Below, piece by piece: positions 27,997 to 38,159 of a stretch of DNA of 64,000 nt; position 1 is the stretch's first letter, and each line of letters starts with the position of its first letter. The notes under the pieces are model-generated. The model was not told the origin of the DNA. It searched no databases and worked only from the letters and a program-made list of their open reading frames with translations. Source of the stretch: Spirillospora sp. NPDC127506 (GTDB taxonomy: Bacteria > Actinomycetota > Actinomycetes > Streptosporangiales > Streptosporangiaceae); assembly GCA_040302145.1 (NCBI GenBank), contig JBEORG010000021.1. One strand, written 5' to 3'. Position numbers and translations under genes: made by a program.

Positions 27997-28293
27997 CGCA
28001 GGCCCTTCCGCCGGTCCGTCCCGAGCCGGCCCCGTCCCGGCACGGTGATCGCTTGCGGAGCCGAGGGTAGTACGATCACCGCCGCCGAATCAGGTGAATC
28101 CAGCGGAAAGTAACGCGATTCAGACTGTGGGTGATCTTGCGATGCGCCCACCGGCAAGTTCCTTGCGCGCGAGCACAAGCACACCTGCGCGAACGGCCTT
28201 ACGGTGCCGAATCTGTGGCGTGTTCTGCGCCACCCCACTCCCGGCCGTGCGGCCGGTCCACCTCGCCCGAAACCCCCTGCATCCGAGGATCTG

Positions 28294-29574
28294 ATGGAGC
28301 AATTCCTCCTGGCGGCGGCGTTCGTCATCGTGGCGGGCGCCGGCATCGCCGCCGGCGTCCTGCTGGTACGCCAGCGGCAGGCGACCGCCGAGCTCCGCGC
28401 GCAGAACGCCGCGCTGGCCCGCGGCCTCGACCTGCGCGAGAAGGAGCTGCGGCACCTCGCGGACGTCCGGCTGCCCGAGCTGATGGAGTCCCTCACCAAC
28501 CCGGGCGTGCGCGTCACCGGCCCGCTGCACGACCTGGACCGCGAAGCGCCCGCCTACGGGCAGGCGATGCAGACCGTCCTGGACCTGTTCGCCGGGTCCG
28601 CCGCCCGCGTCCGGGAACGCGCGGACAAGTCCGCGAAGTCGACGCTGCGCGCGATGATGCGCGCCGTGCAGAGCCTCGCGAACGAGCAGCAGCTGGCCAT
28701 CTCGCACATGCAGGAGCGCCACGACGACCCCGACGTGCTGGAGGGCCTGCTCCGCATCGACCACATGAACGCCCAGCTCGGCCGGCGCGCCCAGGCCACC
28801 GCCGTGCTGTGCGGGTCGTGGCCGGGGCAGCAGCGCTCGGCGTCGTCGCTCACCGACGTGGTGCGCGGCGCGACCTCCCGCATCCGCGACTACCTGCGGA
28901 TCAACCTGGAGGGGACGCCGAACACCGCGGTGACTAGCCGCGCCGTCGAGCCGGTCGTGCTGACGCTCGCCGAGCTGCTGGACAACGCCGCGCGGCACTC
29001 CCGCCCCGACACCGCCGTCGAGGTCAACTTCCGCTCCGCGCACAACGGCGTCGCCATCACGATCGACGACGCGGGCGTCGCGATGGACGCCGACGAGCTG
29101 AAGCGCGCGGCCGAGCTGCTGTCCGGCGACGCGTCGGTGGACATCCACCGGCTCGGCGACCCGCCCCGCGTCGGGTTCGCGGTCGCGGGCGTGCTCGCCG
29201 CCCGGTACGGGTTCCGGGTGTCGGTCGACAGCCAGTCCCCCTACGGCGGCGTGCGGGCCGTCGTCTTCGTGCCGAGCGCGCTGCTGACGTCCCTGCCGGA
29301 CGAGCGCGCGCCCGAACCCGCGGCCGCGCCCCGCACGGCCGACGCCGCCGCCACGGCGGGCGGGCTGCCGAAGCGGAGCCGCGTCGCCGTGGCCGAACGT
29401 CCCGCCGAGCCCGACGCCGGCGACGGCGCGGCCGGCGCCGGGGAGCGGCCGCAGGCCCGCCCGGCGCGGGAGACCGCCGCGGGCCTCGGCGCCTGGCAGC
29501 GCGGGACGCGGTCCGGCCGCGCCGCCACACCGCCCGACGGCGAGGGCACCGACAGCAAGGACCTGCGGCCATGA
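28294..29574 (+). CDS. cvnA: Conservon CvnA-like sensor histidine-kinase-like ATPase (nitrate/nitrite-sensor-like N-terminus, HATPase_c)
   Basis: MEQFLLAAAFVIVAGAG (TM), then an HATPase-like region (LAELLDNAARHS...DDAGVAMD). It is followed by cvnB/C/D homologues in canonical order. Confidence 0.75.
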   Translation: MEQFLLAAAFVIVAGAGIAAGVLLVRQRQATAELRAQNAALARGLDLREKELRHLADVRLPELMESLTNPGVRVTGPLHDLDREAPAYGQAMQTVLDLFAGSAARVRERADKSAKSTLRAMMRAVQSLANEQQLAISHMQERHDDPDVLEGLLRIDHMNAQLGRRAQATAVLCGSWPGQQRSASSLTDVVRGATSRIRDYLRINLEGTPNTAVTSRAVEPVVLTLAELLDNAARHSRPDTAVEVNFRSAHNGVAITIDDAGVAMDADELKRAAELLSGDASVDIHRLGDPPRVGFAVAGVLAARYGFRVSVDSQSPYGGVRAVVFVPSALLTSLPDERAPEPAAAPRTADAAATAGGLPKRSRVAVAERPAEPDAGDGAAGAGERPQARPARETAAGLGAWQRGTRSGRAATPPDGEGTDSKDLRP

Positions 29575-30020
29575 ACTCTGCGGCCACGAACAAGGGGTGG
29601 GACGGCGCGATGGACGACGGTACGAACCGGCTCGGCTGGATGCTGGACGACGCGCTGCGGATGCCGGAGACCCGCTACGCGATCCTGCTGTCGGCCGACG
29701 GCCTGCTGATGGCGCACTCCGAGCGGATCAGCCGGGACGAGGCGGAGCGGCAGGCGGCCGGCATGGCGGGCCTGCAGTCGCTCGCCCGCAGCACCGCCGA
29801 GTTCTGCGGCGACGCGGGCACCACGTGGCGGCAGACGGTGAACGAGTTCGACGACGGCTACGTGTTCCTCGTCGCGGCCGGCCCCGGCGCCTACCTCGCG
29901 GTGTCGGCGACGCAGCACGTCGACATGGAGACCGTGTCGTTCCGCCTCCAGGAACTCGTGCAGCGGCTGGGCAAGGAGCTGACCACCCCGCCGCGGCCGG
30001 GCGCGGGCAGTCCCGCATGA
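29571..30020 (+). CDS. cvnB: Roadblock/LC7 domain protein (CvnB)
   Basis: 149 aa, LGWMLDDALRMPETRYAILLSADGLLMAHS. ATGA overlap with cvnA. Confidence 0.85.
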   Translation: MNSAATNKGWDGAMDDGTNRLGWMLDDALRMPETRYAILLSADGLLMAHSERISRDEAERQAAGMAGLQSLARSTAEFCGDAGTTWRQTVNEFDDGYVFLVAAGPGAYLAVSATQHVDMETVSFRLQELVQRLGKELTTPPRPGAGSPA

Positions 30021-30373
30021 CCCCGCGCAGGAACGAGCGCGCGCTGGTGCGCCCGCACGTCGTCACCGGCGGCCGGGCGCACCCCACCCGCAACGTGTTC
30101 GACCTCGTCACGCTCGTCATCGCCACCGGCGACCTGCCGCGCAAGGGGCTGTCCCCGGAGAAGCTCCGCATCCTGGGGCTGTGCCGGGGCGGCGCGCTGT
30201 CGGTCGTCGAGATCGCCGGGCACCTCGGGCTGCCCGTCGGGGTCGTCAAGGTGCTGCTCTCCGACCTGGTCGACAGCGGGCACCTCACCACCCGGGCCGC
30301 GGCGCCCGGGGCCCAGAAGTCGAAGGCCCGGCTCCTTCAGGAGGTGCTCGATGGACTCCGCGCTCGCCTCTGA
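30017..30373 (+). CDS. cvnC: DUF742 protein (CvnC)
   Basis: MTPRRNERALVRPHVVTGGRAHPTRN...ALSVVEIAGHLGLPVGVVKVLLSDLVDSGHL. This is the conserved conservon third gene. Overlaps cvnB. Confidence 0.8.
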   Translation: MTPRRNERALVRPHVVTGGRAHPTRNVFDLVTLVIATGDLPRKGLSPEKLRILGLCRGGALSVVEIAGHLGLPVGVVKVLLSDLVDSGHLTTRAAAPGAQKSKARLLQEVLDGLRARL

Positions 30374-30947
30374 CGCGGCCTACGTCCGCGACAGCGTGCG
30401 GACCGCCGTCAAGATCCTCATCGTGGGGCACTTCGCCGTCGGCAAGACCACCTACGTCGGGACGCTGTCGGAGATCCGCCCGCTGCGCACCGAGGAGCGG
30501 ATGACGCAGGCCGGCGCGACCGTCGACGACCTCGCCGGCATCCGCGACAAGACGACCACCACCGTCGCGATGGACTTCGGCCGCCTCACGCTCAGCGACG
30601 ACCTCGTCCTGTACCTGTTCGGCGCGCCCGGCCAGGAGCGCTTCACCCGGCTGTGGGACGACCTGGCGCGCGGCGCGCTCGGCGCGCTGGTCCTCGTGGA
30701 CACGGCGCGGCTCAAGGAGTCGTTCGCCGTCATGGACCTCGTGGAGAAGCAGGGCCTGCCGTACGCGGTGGCCGTCAACCACTTCGAGGGCTCGCCCGTC
30801 TTCCCGGACGCCGAGGTGCGCGAGGCCCTCGACCTCGCCCCCGCGACCCCGCTGGTCACCTGCGACGCCCGCGACCGCAGGTCGTCCACCGAGGCGCTCA
30901 TCTCACTCGTCGACCACCTCCTCACCCTGGATGGGGAACCCGCATGA
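30351..30947 (+). CDS. cvnD: Small Ras-like GTPase / ATP-GTP-binding protein (CvnD)
   Basis: VKILIVGHFAVGKTT (P-loop), DFG..., LFGAPGQERF, VAVNHFEG. Overlaps cvnC. Confidence 0.85.
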   Translation: MDSALASDAAYVRDSVRTAVKILIVGHFAVGKTTYVGTLSEIRPLRTEERMTQAGATVDDLAGIRDKTTTTVAMDFGRLTLSDDLVLYLFGAPGQERFTRLWDDLARGALGALVLVDTARLKESFAVMDLVEKQGLPYAVAVNHFEGSPVFPDAEVREALDLAPATPLVTCDARDRRSSTEALISLVDHLLTLDGEPA

Positions 30948-32128
30948 CCGAACCGCAGCGCTTCCCGCTGTACGGCCCCGAGTACGCGCAGGACCCGGCC
31001 GCGACCTACGCCCGGATGCGCGCCCACGGCGACCTCGTGCCCGTCGAGCTGGCCCCCGGCGTCCCGGCGACGCTGGTCATCGGGTACGAGGCGGCGCTGG
31101 AGATCCTCCGCGACCCGGACACGTTCCCGCGCTGCAGCGAGGTCTGGGAGGAGGAGGTCGGCCCGCACTGCCCGGTGCTGCCGATGATGATGGCGCGGCC
31201 GAACGCGCTGTTCACCAACGGCTCCGTCCACGCGCGGCTCCGGTCGGTGATCGTCGACAGCCTGGACCGCGTCGACCCGGCGTCGCTGCGCGAGCACGTC
31301 GAGACCAGCGCGGACACCCTCATCGACCGGTTCGCCGACGACGGCAAGGCCGACCTCATCGGCCAGTACGCGCGGACGCTGCCGCTGCTGGTGTTCAACG
31401 AGATGTTCGGCTGCCCCCGCGACATCGGCGACAAGCTCGTCCGCGGCATGAGCGCGATCTTCGACGCCGAGGGCGCCGAGGAGGGCAACGCGCTGCTCGC
31501 CCAGGCCACCGGCGAGCTGGTGGCGTACAAGCGGCAGCGGCCGGGCGCGGACGTGACGTCGTGGATGATGCGCCATCCCGCCGGGCTCGACGACATGGAG
31601 ATGGCGCACCAGCTGACGCTGCTGGTCGGCGCCGGCACCGAGCCGGAGCAGAACCTCATCGCCAACGGCATCCTGCTGCTGCTGTCGGACGACCGGTTCG
31701 GCGGCGACCTGTCGGGCGGCAGCATGCCCGTCGAGGACGCCCTGGACGAGATCCTGTGGACCGACCCGCCGATGGCCAACTACGGGACGACGTTCCCCCG
31801 CCAGGACGTCGACTTCCACGGGCACACGCTGCCCGCCCACCAGCCGATCCTGATCAGCTACGCCGCGGCGAACACCGACCCGTCCCGGGCGACGGCCGAC
31901 CGGAAGGGCAACCGCGCGCACCTGTCCTACGCGGGCGGGCCGCACACCTGCCCGGCCAAGAGCCACTCGCGGCTGATCGCGTCCGCCGCGATCGAGGTGC
32001 TCCTCGACCGGCTGCCCGACCTGGACCTGGCCGTCCCGAGGGACGCGCTGGAGTGGCGGCCCGGCCCGTTCCACCGCGCCCTCGTCGCGCTGCCGGTCAC
32101 CTTCCCGCCGGCGGGGAGGCGTCACTGA
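30944..32128 (+). CDS. Cytochrome P450 (conservon-associated, CvnE-like)
   Basis: 394 aa. ATGA overlap with cvnD. I-helix-like AGTEPEQN, and a Cys-ligand loop YAGGPHTCPAKSHSRL (a degenerate FxxGxHxCxG). Confidence 0.75.
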   Translation: MTEPQRFPLYGPEYAQDPAATYARMRAHGDLVPVELAPGVPATLVIGYEAALEILRDPDTFPRCSEVWEEEVGPHCPVLPMMMARPNALFTNGSVHARLRSVIVDSLDRVDPASLREHVETSADTLIDRFADDGKADLIGQYARTLPLLVFNEMFGCPRDIGDKLVRGMSAIFDAEGAEEGNALLAQATGELVAYKRQRPGADVTSWMMRHPAGLDDMEMAHQLTLLVGAGTEPEQNLIANGILLLLSDDRFGGDLSGGSMPVEDALDEILWTDPPMANYGTTFPRQDVDFHGHTLPAHQPILISYAAANTDPSRATADRKGNRAHLSYAGGPHTCPAKSHSRLIASAAIEVLLDRLPDLDLAVPRDALEWRPGPFHRALVALPVTFPPAGRRH

Positions 32129-33524
32129 CCGACCCGTCCGCGGCGGCGCGCAGCGCGCCGATCACCGCCGACAGCTGGGCGATCAGGCCCGCCACGCTGG
32201 TCTGGTCGGCGCCGTTGACGGTGACGGTGCGCAGCTCGTCCGGCTTGGGCAGCTTGGCCATGATCTCCGGAAGGGCGGCGATGAGCCGCGCCTGCACGGC
32301 GGCGGGCGTCCGGCCGTTCTCGATCGCCGCGCGGGCCGTCTCCCGCTCCAGGTCCAGCAGCGCCTGCTCGTGCCGGGACCGCGCGCGGGACTCGGCCAGG
32401 GCCAGCTCGCCCTCGGTGCGCAGCCGGGCCAGCTCGTGGTCGCGCTCGATGCGCAGCCGTCCCGTCTCGGCCTCCTCCGCGTGGCGCTCCCGCTCCATCC
32501 GCAGCGCGTGCCGCGTCGTCTCGGTCTCCAGCTCGGCGACCTCGCGGGCGTCGTCGTGCTCGCGCCGGGCGCGGCGCAGCTTCTCCGCCGCCTCCGCCTC
32601 GAACAGCCGCGACTCGTTGGCGGCGCGCAGCTCGGCCAGCTCCCGCTCGTGGTCCAGCCGCTGCGACTCCTTGGTCCGCGCGGCCGCCATCTCGCGCTGC
32701 GCGACGACCTCCGCGGCCTCCAGCTCGGCGAGCCGCGCGACCTGCTCCTGCTGCGCCCGGTAGGGCTTCTGCAGGTTCTCCCAGAGCTGGGACGAGCTGA
32801 CCACGGCCTCCTTGATCTGCACGGTGACGATCCGCAGCCCGAGCCCCTGGTCGCTGTTGTCCTCGCCCTCGGCCACCGCGCGCAGCCGGGCCGTCAGCTC
32901 CTCGATGATGGGCTGCTTGTCGCTGAGGACGTCCCGCACGCCCATCGTGGAGACCTTGTCCTTGATCGCGGCCTCGGCCTGCTCGCGGAGCTGGAGGTTC
33001 ACCAGCCGCATCGGGTCGTCGGCGTCGCCGAAGTCGAGCTTGCGGTACGCCGTCGCGAAATCCTGGATGATCCACTGGACGTAGCCCTGGACGAGCACGC
33101 CCTGCAGCTCCCGGCAGATGCAGTACGCGTTGATGAGGATCGTCTGCGTCGCGCCCGGCACCACGATGAACGAGTCGGTGGACGGGTTGAACCGGAACGA
33201 CACCCCGAGCCCGATGTGCAGCGGCTCGGCCCGGCCGCGCCGGGTGTGCACCACGAACGCGTTCGGCGGGACGAGCACGTTCTTCCACCGCCAGAACCCG
33301 GTGATCCGCACGTCCACGGGGCCGGGGCCGGTCTGGTCGCCGCCGGGCGCGCCGCGGCCGAGGGCGCGCTCCCGCTTCGCGAGCGGGCCGGGCGCCGGGA
33401 CCGCGCCCGGCGCGCCGGGCGCCGCCTGCGGGGCGCGGCGGCTCTTCAGGTCGTCCGCCAGCACCGCCTGCTGCGCGACGACCTTCTCCAGATACGTGTT
33501 GCTCCCCGGCTGCTGGGCGCTCAT
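32097..33524 (-). CDS. SPFH/band-7 (flotillin-like) domain protein with long coiled-coil C-terminus
   Basis: The N-terminal half is SPFH-like (FVVHTRRGRAEPLHIGLGVSFRF...RIVTVQIKE). The C-terminal E/R/A-rich segment is a coiled coil. Likely start MSAQQPG. Confidence 0.7.
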   Translation of the reverse strand: MSAQQPGSNTYLEKVVAQQAVLADDLKSRRAPQAAPGAPGAVPAPGPLAKRERALGRGAPGGDQTGPGPVDVRITGFWRWKNVLVPPNAFVVHTRRGRAEPLHIGLGVSFRFNPSTDSFIVVPGATQTILINAYCICRELQGVLVQGYVQWIIQDFATAYRKLDFGDADDPMRLVNLQLREQAEAAIKDKVSTMGVRDVLSDKQPIIEELTARLRAVAEGEDNSDQGLGLRIVTVQIKEAVVSSSQLWENLQKPYRAQQEQVARLAELEAAEVVAQREMAAARTKESQRLDHERELAELRAANESRLFEAEAAEKLRRARREHDDAREVAELETETTRHALRMERERHAEEAETGRLRIERDHELARLRTEGELALAESRARSRHEQALLDLERETARAAIENGRTPAAVQARLIAALPEIMAKLPKPDELRTVTVNGADQTSVAGLIAQLSAVIGALRAAADGSVSDASPPAGR

Positions 33525-33679
33525 CTCGCTCCTCGGCGGGATCGGGCGGCCGGGCGCGCCGGCCGGTCTGCGGTCTGGCGGAAACAGTATTGAACTTTCC
33601 ACCGGTTGTACGCGTATTTCCGGCCGTGACGACACATGAGGCGACCCCGGATCGGCCTTCGGCCCGGACCGACCGGGCG

Positions 33680-35623
33680 ATGCTCGTCATCGGGGCCGCC
33701 GCGCTCGCGCTGGTCGTCCTCGCGTTCGTGCTGCGGGTCGGCGGCGCGTTCACCGCGAGCGCGACGCCGGGGCTGTCGCAGGAGGGCGCGCTGACCAAGA
33801 TCGGCCTGTCGGTCGCCAAGCTCGGCGGCGACGTCGCGGCCGTCCTCACGGTCGGCTGGCTGCTCGTCGCGGCCGCGTTCGTGCCGGGGGCGTCCCCGCT
33901 CGGCCGCCGCTGCCTGCGCGCCGCGTCGCTGACCGCGCTGCTGTGGGCGCTGTGCACGCTCGCGCTGATCGTGTGCACCGTCCTCGACCTGTTCGGGGTC
34001 GGGCTCGCGGGCGTCACCGGCGACATGATGCGGACGCTCCTCGTCGAGCTGCCGCAGGGGCGGGCGCTGCTCATCGTCCTCGCCGCCGCGGTCGCCATCG
34101 CGGTCGCGGCGAGCCTGCCGCGCGCCGCGGGCGGCGCCGGGTACCTCCTCGCGGGCGCGCTCGCCGGCATGCTGCCGCCGCTGTTCACCGGGCACGCCGC
34201 GAGCGCCTCGAACCACGCACTCGCCGTCTACAGCCTCGCCGCCCACGTGCTGGGCGTCGCGCTGTGGGTCGGCGGGCTCGTCGCCCTGGTCACCGTCGCG
34301 CCGGACGTCCGCGGCGGGCTCCCCCGGGGCGCCGGGCACCACCCCTCCCCGGACGGCCCGGACGGCGCGCGGGGCGGCCTCGTCCGGGTCGTGGAACGCT
34401 ACAGCTCCCTCGCGCTCGTCGCGTTCGCCGTCGTCGGGGTCAGCGGCGCGGTGAACGCGTGGGTGCGGCTCGGCGGCGTCCACCTCGGGTCGCGGTACGG
34501 GATGCTGGTCGTGGCGAAGGGCGCGGCGCTCGCCGCGCTCGGCGCGTTCGGCTGGTGGCACCGCCGCACCACGATCCCGGCGCTGCGGGACGGCACGGGC
34601 CCGCGCGCCTTCCTCCGGCTCGGCACGGCGGAGACCCTCGTGATGGCGGCGACGATGGCGCTCGCCGCCGGGCTGTCCAGGACGCCCACGCCCGAGAACG
34701 CCCCCGGCACCCTCGACGTCACCGCGCTCCGGCTCGGCTTCCCGCTGCCCGGCCCGGCCGGGGCGGGCCCCTACCTGCTGGACTGGTGGGTCGATCCGCT
34801 GTTCTTCGTGCTGATCGCCGCCGGGGCCGTCCTGTACGGGCTGGGCCTCGTGCGCGTCCGGGACTGGCCGCTGCGGCGGTCCGCGGCGTGGGCCGCCGGG
34901 CTGCTCGTCCTGCTGCTCGGCACCGCGAGCGGCATCTCCCGCTACAGCATGGTGCTGTTCAGCGCGCACGCGATCCAGCACGTCCTCGTCGGCGTGGCCG
35001 CGCCGGCGCTGCTGCTGTACGGCGCGCCGGTGCGGCTGGCGCTGCGGGCGATGCGCGGCGAGGGCCGGACGCTGCTCGCCGCGGCCGCCGGCAGCCGCGG
35101 CCTGCGGGCGCTCGGCCACCCGGTCGCGGCGTCGGCGCTGCTGCTGCTCACCCTCTACGCGTGGTACGCGTCGCCGCTGTTCCCGCCGTCGCTCAGCAAC
35201 CACGCCCTCCACTCGCTCGCGATGGTCGTGTTCGTCATCGTCGGGCTCGCCTACTACCGCGGGACGGCCGGGACGCTCGTCCCGCTCGCCGTCCTGCCGC
35301 TGCACGCGCTGGCCGGGATGGCGCTGACGCGGTACGGGACGGTGCTCGGCGGCGACTGGTACGGGAGCCTCGGCCGCCGCTGGGGTGCGTCACCGCTGGA
35401 CGACCAGCACCTCGGCGCCCTCCTGCTGTGGACGTCCGCGGCGGCGATCACGGCCGGCGTCGCGGCGGTGCAGGCCCGCTACGGGCGGGGGCGCCGGTCC
35501 AGCACGCGGCTGAGCGCCTCCACGACCGCCGGGTCGTACTCGGCGGCCGAGTCGAGCCTGAGCCGCTCCAGCACGGCGGCGCCCCGGTCGCGGTCGGCGG
35601 AATCGCCCACCAGGTCGTCGTAG
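33680..35623 (+). CDS. Fused copper-resistance CopD-like / cytochrome-c-oxidase assembly CtaG-like (caa3-type) polytopic membrane protein
   Basis: It has >14 hydrophobic segments. The N-terminal half is CopD-like and the C-terminal half is CtaG-like (HAIQHVLVGVAAPALLL...LHSLAMVV). The start and exact 3' end are uncertain, and the 3' end overlaps the convergent gene. Confidence 0.55.
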   Translation: MLVIGAAALALVVLAFVLRVGGAFTASATPGLSQEGALTKIGLSVAKLGGDVAAVLTVGWLLVAAAFVPGASPLGRRCLRAASLTALLWALCTLALIVCTVLDLFGVGLAGVTGDMMRTLLVELPQGRALLIVLAAAVAIAVAASLPRAAGGAGYLLAGALAGMLPPLFTGHAASASNHALAVYSLAAHVLGVALWVGGLVALVTVAPDVRGGLPRGAGHHPSPDGPDGARGGLVRVVERYSSLALVAFAVVGVSGAVNAWVRLGGVHLGSRYGMLVVAKGAALAALGAFGWWHRRTTIPALRDGTGPRAFLRLGTAETLVMAATMALAAGLSRTPTPENAPGTLDVTALRLGFPLPGPAGAGPYLLDWWVDPLFFVLIAAGAVLYGLGLVRVRDWPLRRSAAWAAGLLVLLLGTASGISRYSMVLFSAHAIQHVLVGVAAPALLLYGAPVRLALRAMRGEGRTLLAAAAGSRGLRALGHPVAASALLLLTLYAWYASPLFPPSLSNHALHSLAMVVFVIVGLAYYRGTAGTLVPLAVLPLHALAGMALTRYGTVLGGDWYGSLGRRWGASPLDDQHLGALLLWTSAAAITAGVAAVQARYGRGRRSSTRLSASTTAGSYSAAESSLSRSSTAAPRSRSAESPTRSS

Positions 35624-36810
35624 GCGTTCGCGACCTTGATGATGCGGCCCGCGAGCGGCGGCGGGATCGGCCGCTCACCGGAGTCGCCGACGGGTTCGCG
35701 GCCCGCCCGGTAGGGGTGCGAGGACAGCTGCACGATGTGCGCGACCCGGTCCAGCACCCCGGTCTGCTTGATCACCTCGGCGCCCAGCTCGGCGATGCGG
35801 CGCTGCTCGGCCGGGGACGCCAGCACGGTCGCGCCGCCGGGGATCGGGTCGCCGAGCGACAGCTGCCCGATGTCGTGCATCAGCGCCGCGTACTCCAGTT
35901 CGAGCAGCTCCTCCTCGGTCATGCCGAGCTCGCGGCCCATCGCGACCGCGAGCCGCGCCACGCGCCGCGAGTGGCCCGCCTCCACGTAGCCGCCGACCTC
36001 GGTGACCCGCGACAGCGCGCGGACCGTCTCCAGGTAGGTGGCGCGGATGCCCGCGTACCGGCGGAACGCGAACTGCGTCACCAGGATCGGCACCGTGAAG
36101 ATCAGCAGCGCGGCCTCGCCCATCGCGGTCGTGGCGACCGCGATCAGCATGGCGGTCGCGCTGGTCGCGGCGCACAGCGCCATCTTCGCGCTGATCTCGT
36201 CGCGCAGCGCGATGCCGAACCGGGCCCGGACGGTCTCCGCCCGGATCATCGCGGCGATCAGCACGTCGGTGAAGCACGACCCGATCACCACCACGCCCAT
36301 CACGGCCAGCAGCAGGTACCAGGCGAGGTCGAGGCCCAGCACCGGCCGGAAGCAGAGCGCGATGACCGCGACGGTGAACAGCCGGCGCGCCATCGCGTCC
36401 GGGCGCGGCGTGCGGCCGACCGCGATGTGCGGCAGCGAGCCGACGAGCATGCCCACCGCGGTGACCGCGACGACCTGGAGCGCGGAGTGCTCGGCCGGGA
36501 CGACGCCGAGCGGCGCGTCCGGCGGGGCGCCCTCGGGGCCGACGCCGACCAGCAGCGCGTACCCCATCGCACCGGCGCTGGCGATCGGCGCGACCTCCCG
36601 GTTGCCGGGCATCACCATGCGGAACAGCTCGCCCAGCGCGATCAGCACGCCGAAGATGATCGCGACGTTGGGCTGGTGCAGGCCGACGGCCGCGACCTGC
36701 GTGACCGCGACGACGACGAACAGCCCGGCGGTGGCGATCAGCAGCAGCTGGCCGGAGTCGATGGTCTGCCACGCGGCCCGCTCGCGGGCGGGGATCCGGC
36801 TCGTCGTCAC
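35479..36810 (-). CDS. Polytopic membrane protein with C-terminal HD (HD-GYP-related) domain
   Basis: Real frame starts at the GTG (VTTSRIPARE...) overlapping the upstream stop (GTGA). Seven TM-like segments, then an HD domain (ALMHDIGQ...). The rest of ORF 35479..38223 upstream is wrong-frame. Confidence 0.65.
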   Translation of the reverse strand: MTTSRIPARERAAWQTIDSGQLLLIATAGLFVVVAVTQVAAVGLHQPNVAIIFGVLIALGELFRMVMPGNREVAPIASAGAMGYALLVGVGPEGAPPDAPLGVVPAEHSALQVVAVTAVGMLVGSLPHIAVGRTPRPDAMARRLFTVAVIALCFRPVLGLDLAWYLLLAVMGVVVIGSCFTDVLIAAMIRAETVRARFGIALRDEISAKMALCAATSATAMLIAVATTAMGEAALLIFTVPILVTQFAFRRYAGIRATYLETVRALSRVTEVGGYVEAGHSRRVARLAVAMGRELGMTEEELLELEYAALMHDIGQLSLGDPIPGGATVLASPAEQRRIAELGAEVIKQTGVLDRVAHIVQLSSHPYRAGREPVGDSGERPIPPPLAGRIIKVANAYDDLVGDSADRDRGAAVLERLRLDSAAEYDPAVVEALSRVLDRRPRP

Positions 36811-38159
36811 TGGTGCCGCACCTCGTCGCCGCCGGTGACCCGCAGCGGCCGGCTCGGGTCGTCGTGGTCCTGCTGGGTGGTCTCGGCGACGGCGTCGTCC
36901 GGCAGGACGACCGGCCGCGGCGGCTCCCAGCCCTCCCGGTCGAGGGCCCGCAGGAACGCCTCGACCATCTCCGGGTCGAAGTGGTCGCCCATCCCGCGGC
37001 GGAGCTCGGCCACGGCCTCCTCGATGCTGCGGGCCGCCCGGTAGGAGCGGGTCGAGGTCATCGAGTCGAAGGCGTCCGCGACCGAGATGACCCGGGCGAA
37101 CTCGGGGATCTCGTCGCCGGCGAGGCCCATCGGGTAGCCGCGGCCGTTCATCTTCTCGTGGTGGTGCATGATCCCGGCGAGCGCCTCGTCCAGGAACCCG
37201 ATCTCCCGGACGATCTCCAGCCCGCGCATCGGGTGCAGCTGGATCGCGGCGAACTCCTCCTCGGTCAGCGCGCCCGACTTCTGCAGCACCTTGGTGGGGA
37301 CGCCGAGCTTGCCGACGTCGTGCAGCATCCCGGCGTAGCGGATCGCCTCGACCCGGTCGGCGCGCATCCCGATCTCCTGCGCGATCATCACCGAGCCCCG
37401 GGAGACCCGCTCGGAGTGCCCGCGGGTGTAGAAGTCCTTGGTCTCGACCGCCTGGCACAGCGCGGCGAGGGTCGCGGCGTGCGCCTGCTGCTGCGCGTAC
37501 GCCTGGTCCATCGCCCAGCGGGCGATGAACAGCGGGAGCAGGACGAGCACGGCGGCGAACGGCCCGACGCGCGGCCACAGCCCGGCGATCAGCAGGCCGA
37601 CCATGCCGTAGCCGAGGCAGCCGACGGCGAGCTGGCCGCTCTCGTGCAGCCATTCGCGCGGCGTCGTCTGCCGGCTGAGCAGCAGCACCCCGCCCATCAG
37701 CGTCAGGTTGACCAGGACGAAGGTGACCAGCGCGCCGAGGAACGGCCCGATGACGTTCTCCACCCAGCGGGCCTGCTCGGGGTGGAAGCGGGCGCCGCCG
37801 AGCAGGTCGAAGACGGTCCCGGCGATGAAGCCGCTGAGCGCGAACTGCGCACCGTTGAAGATCCGCTTGACCGGGGCGAAGAACCGCTGCCCGGTGACGA
37901 CGGCGACCAGGCCGAGCAGCGCGGCGCCGACCGGGCCGAGCAGCACCACCGAGGCCAGGCTCGCGGCGAAGCTGAGCGACACCCGGGCGCGCGCGATGTT
38001 CAGCCGCGCCGGCGCCGAGTCGCAGACGAGGAACAGCAGGGCCAGCACGGCCAGCTTGCTCCAGTCCAGCTCCGCGAAGGACGACGTCGCGATGAGCCCG
38101 GCCGCGAGGGCCACCACACCGCATACGTACGCCCAGGCAGCGAGAGGTAGTCCACGCAT
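36807..38159 (-). CDS. Membrane-anchored HD-GYP phosphodiesterase-family protein (7TM receptor + HD-GYP)
   Basis: 450 aa. MLHDVGKLGVP...HHEKMNGRGYP is the HD-GYP signature. The N-terminal half is hydrophobic. Confidence 0.75.
   Translation of the reverse strand: MRGLPLAAWAYVCGVVALAAGLIATSSFAELDWSKLAVLALLFLVCDSAPARLNIARARVSLSFAASLASVVLLGPVGAALLGLVAVVTGQRFFAPVKRIFNGAQFALSGFIAGTVFDLLGGARFHPEQARWVENVIGPFLGALVTFVLVNLTLMGGVLLLSRQTTPREWLHESGQLAVGCLGYGMVGLLIAGLWPRVGPFAAVLVLLPLFIARWAMDQAYAQQQAHAATLAALCQAVETKDFYTRGHSERVSRGSVMIAQEIGMRADRVEAIRYAGMLHDVGKLGVPTKVLQKSGALTEEEFAAIQLHPMRGLEIVREIGFLDEALAGIMHHHEKMNGRGYPMGLAGDEIPEFARVISVADAFDSMTSTRSYRAARSIEEAVAELRRGMGDHFDPEMVEAFLRALDREGWEPPRPVVLPDDAVAETTQQDHDDPSRPLRVTGGDEVRHQ

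Noticed and set aside
33521-37044. Long antisense/alternative-frame ORFs (33521..35305 -, 33943..37044 +, 35675..36772 -) over the CopD/CtaG and HD genes
   Set aside because: Arg/Asp/Gly-rich low-complexity. The membrane-protein frames have coherent hydrophobic segments and HD motifs.
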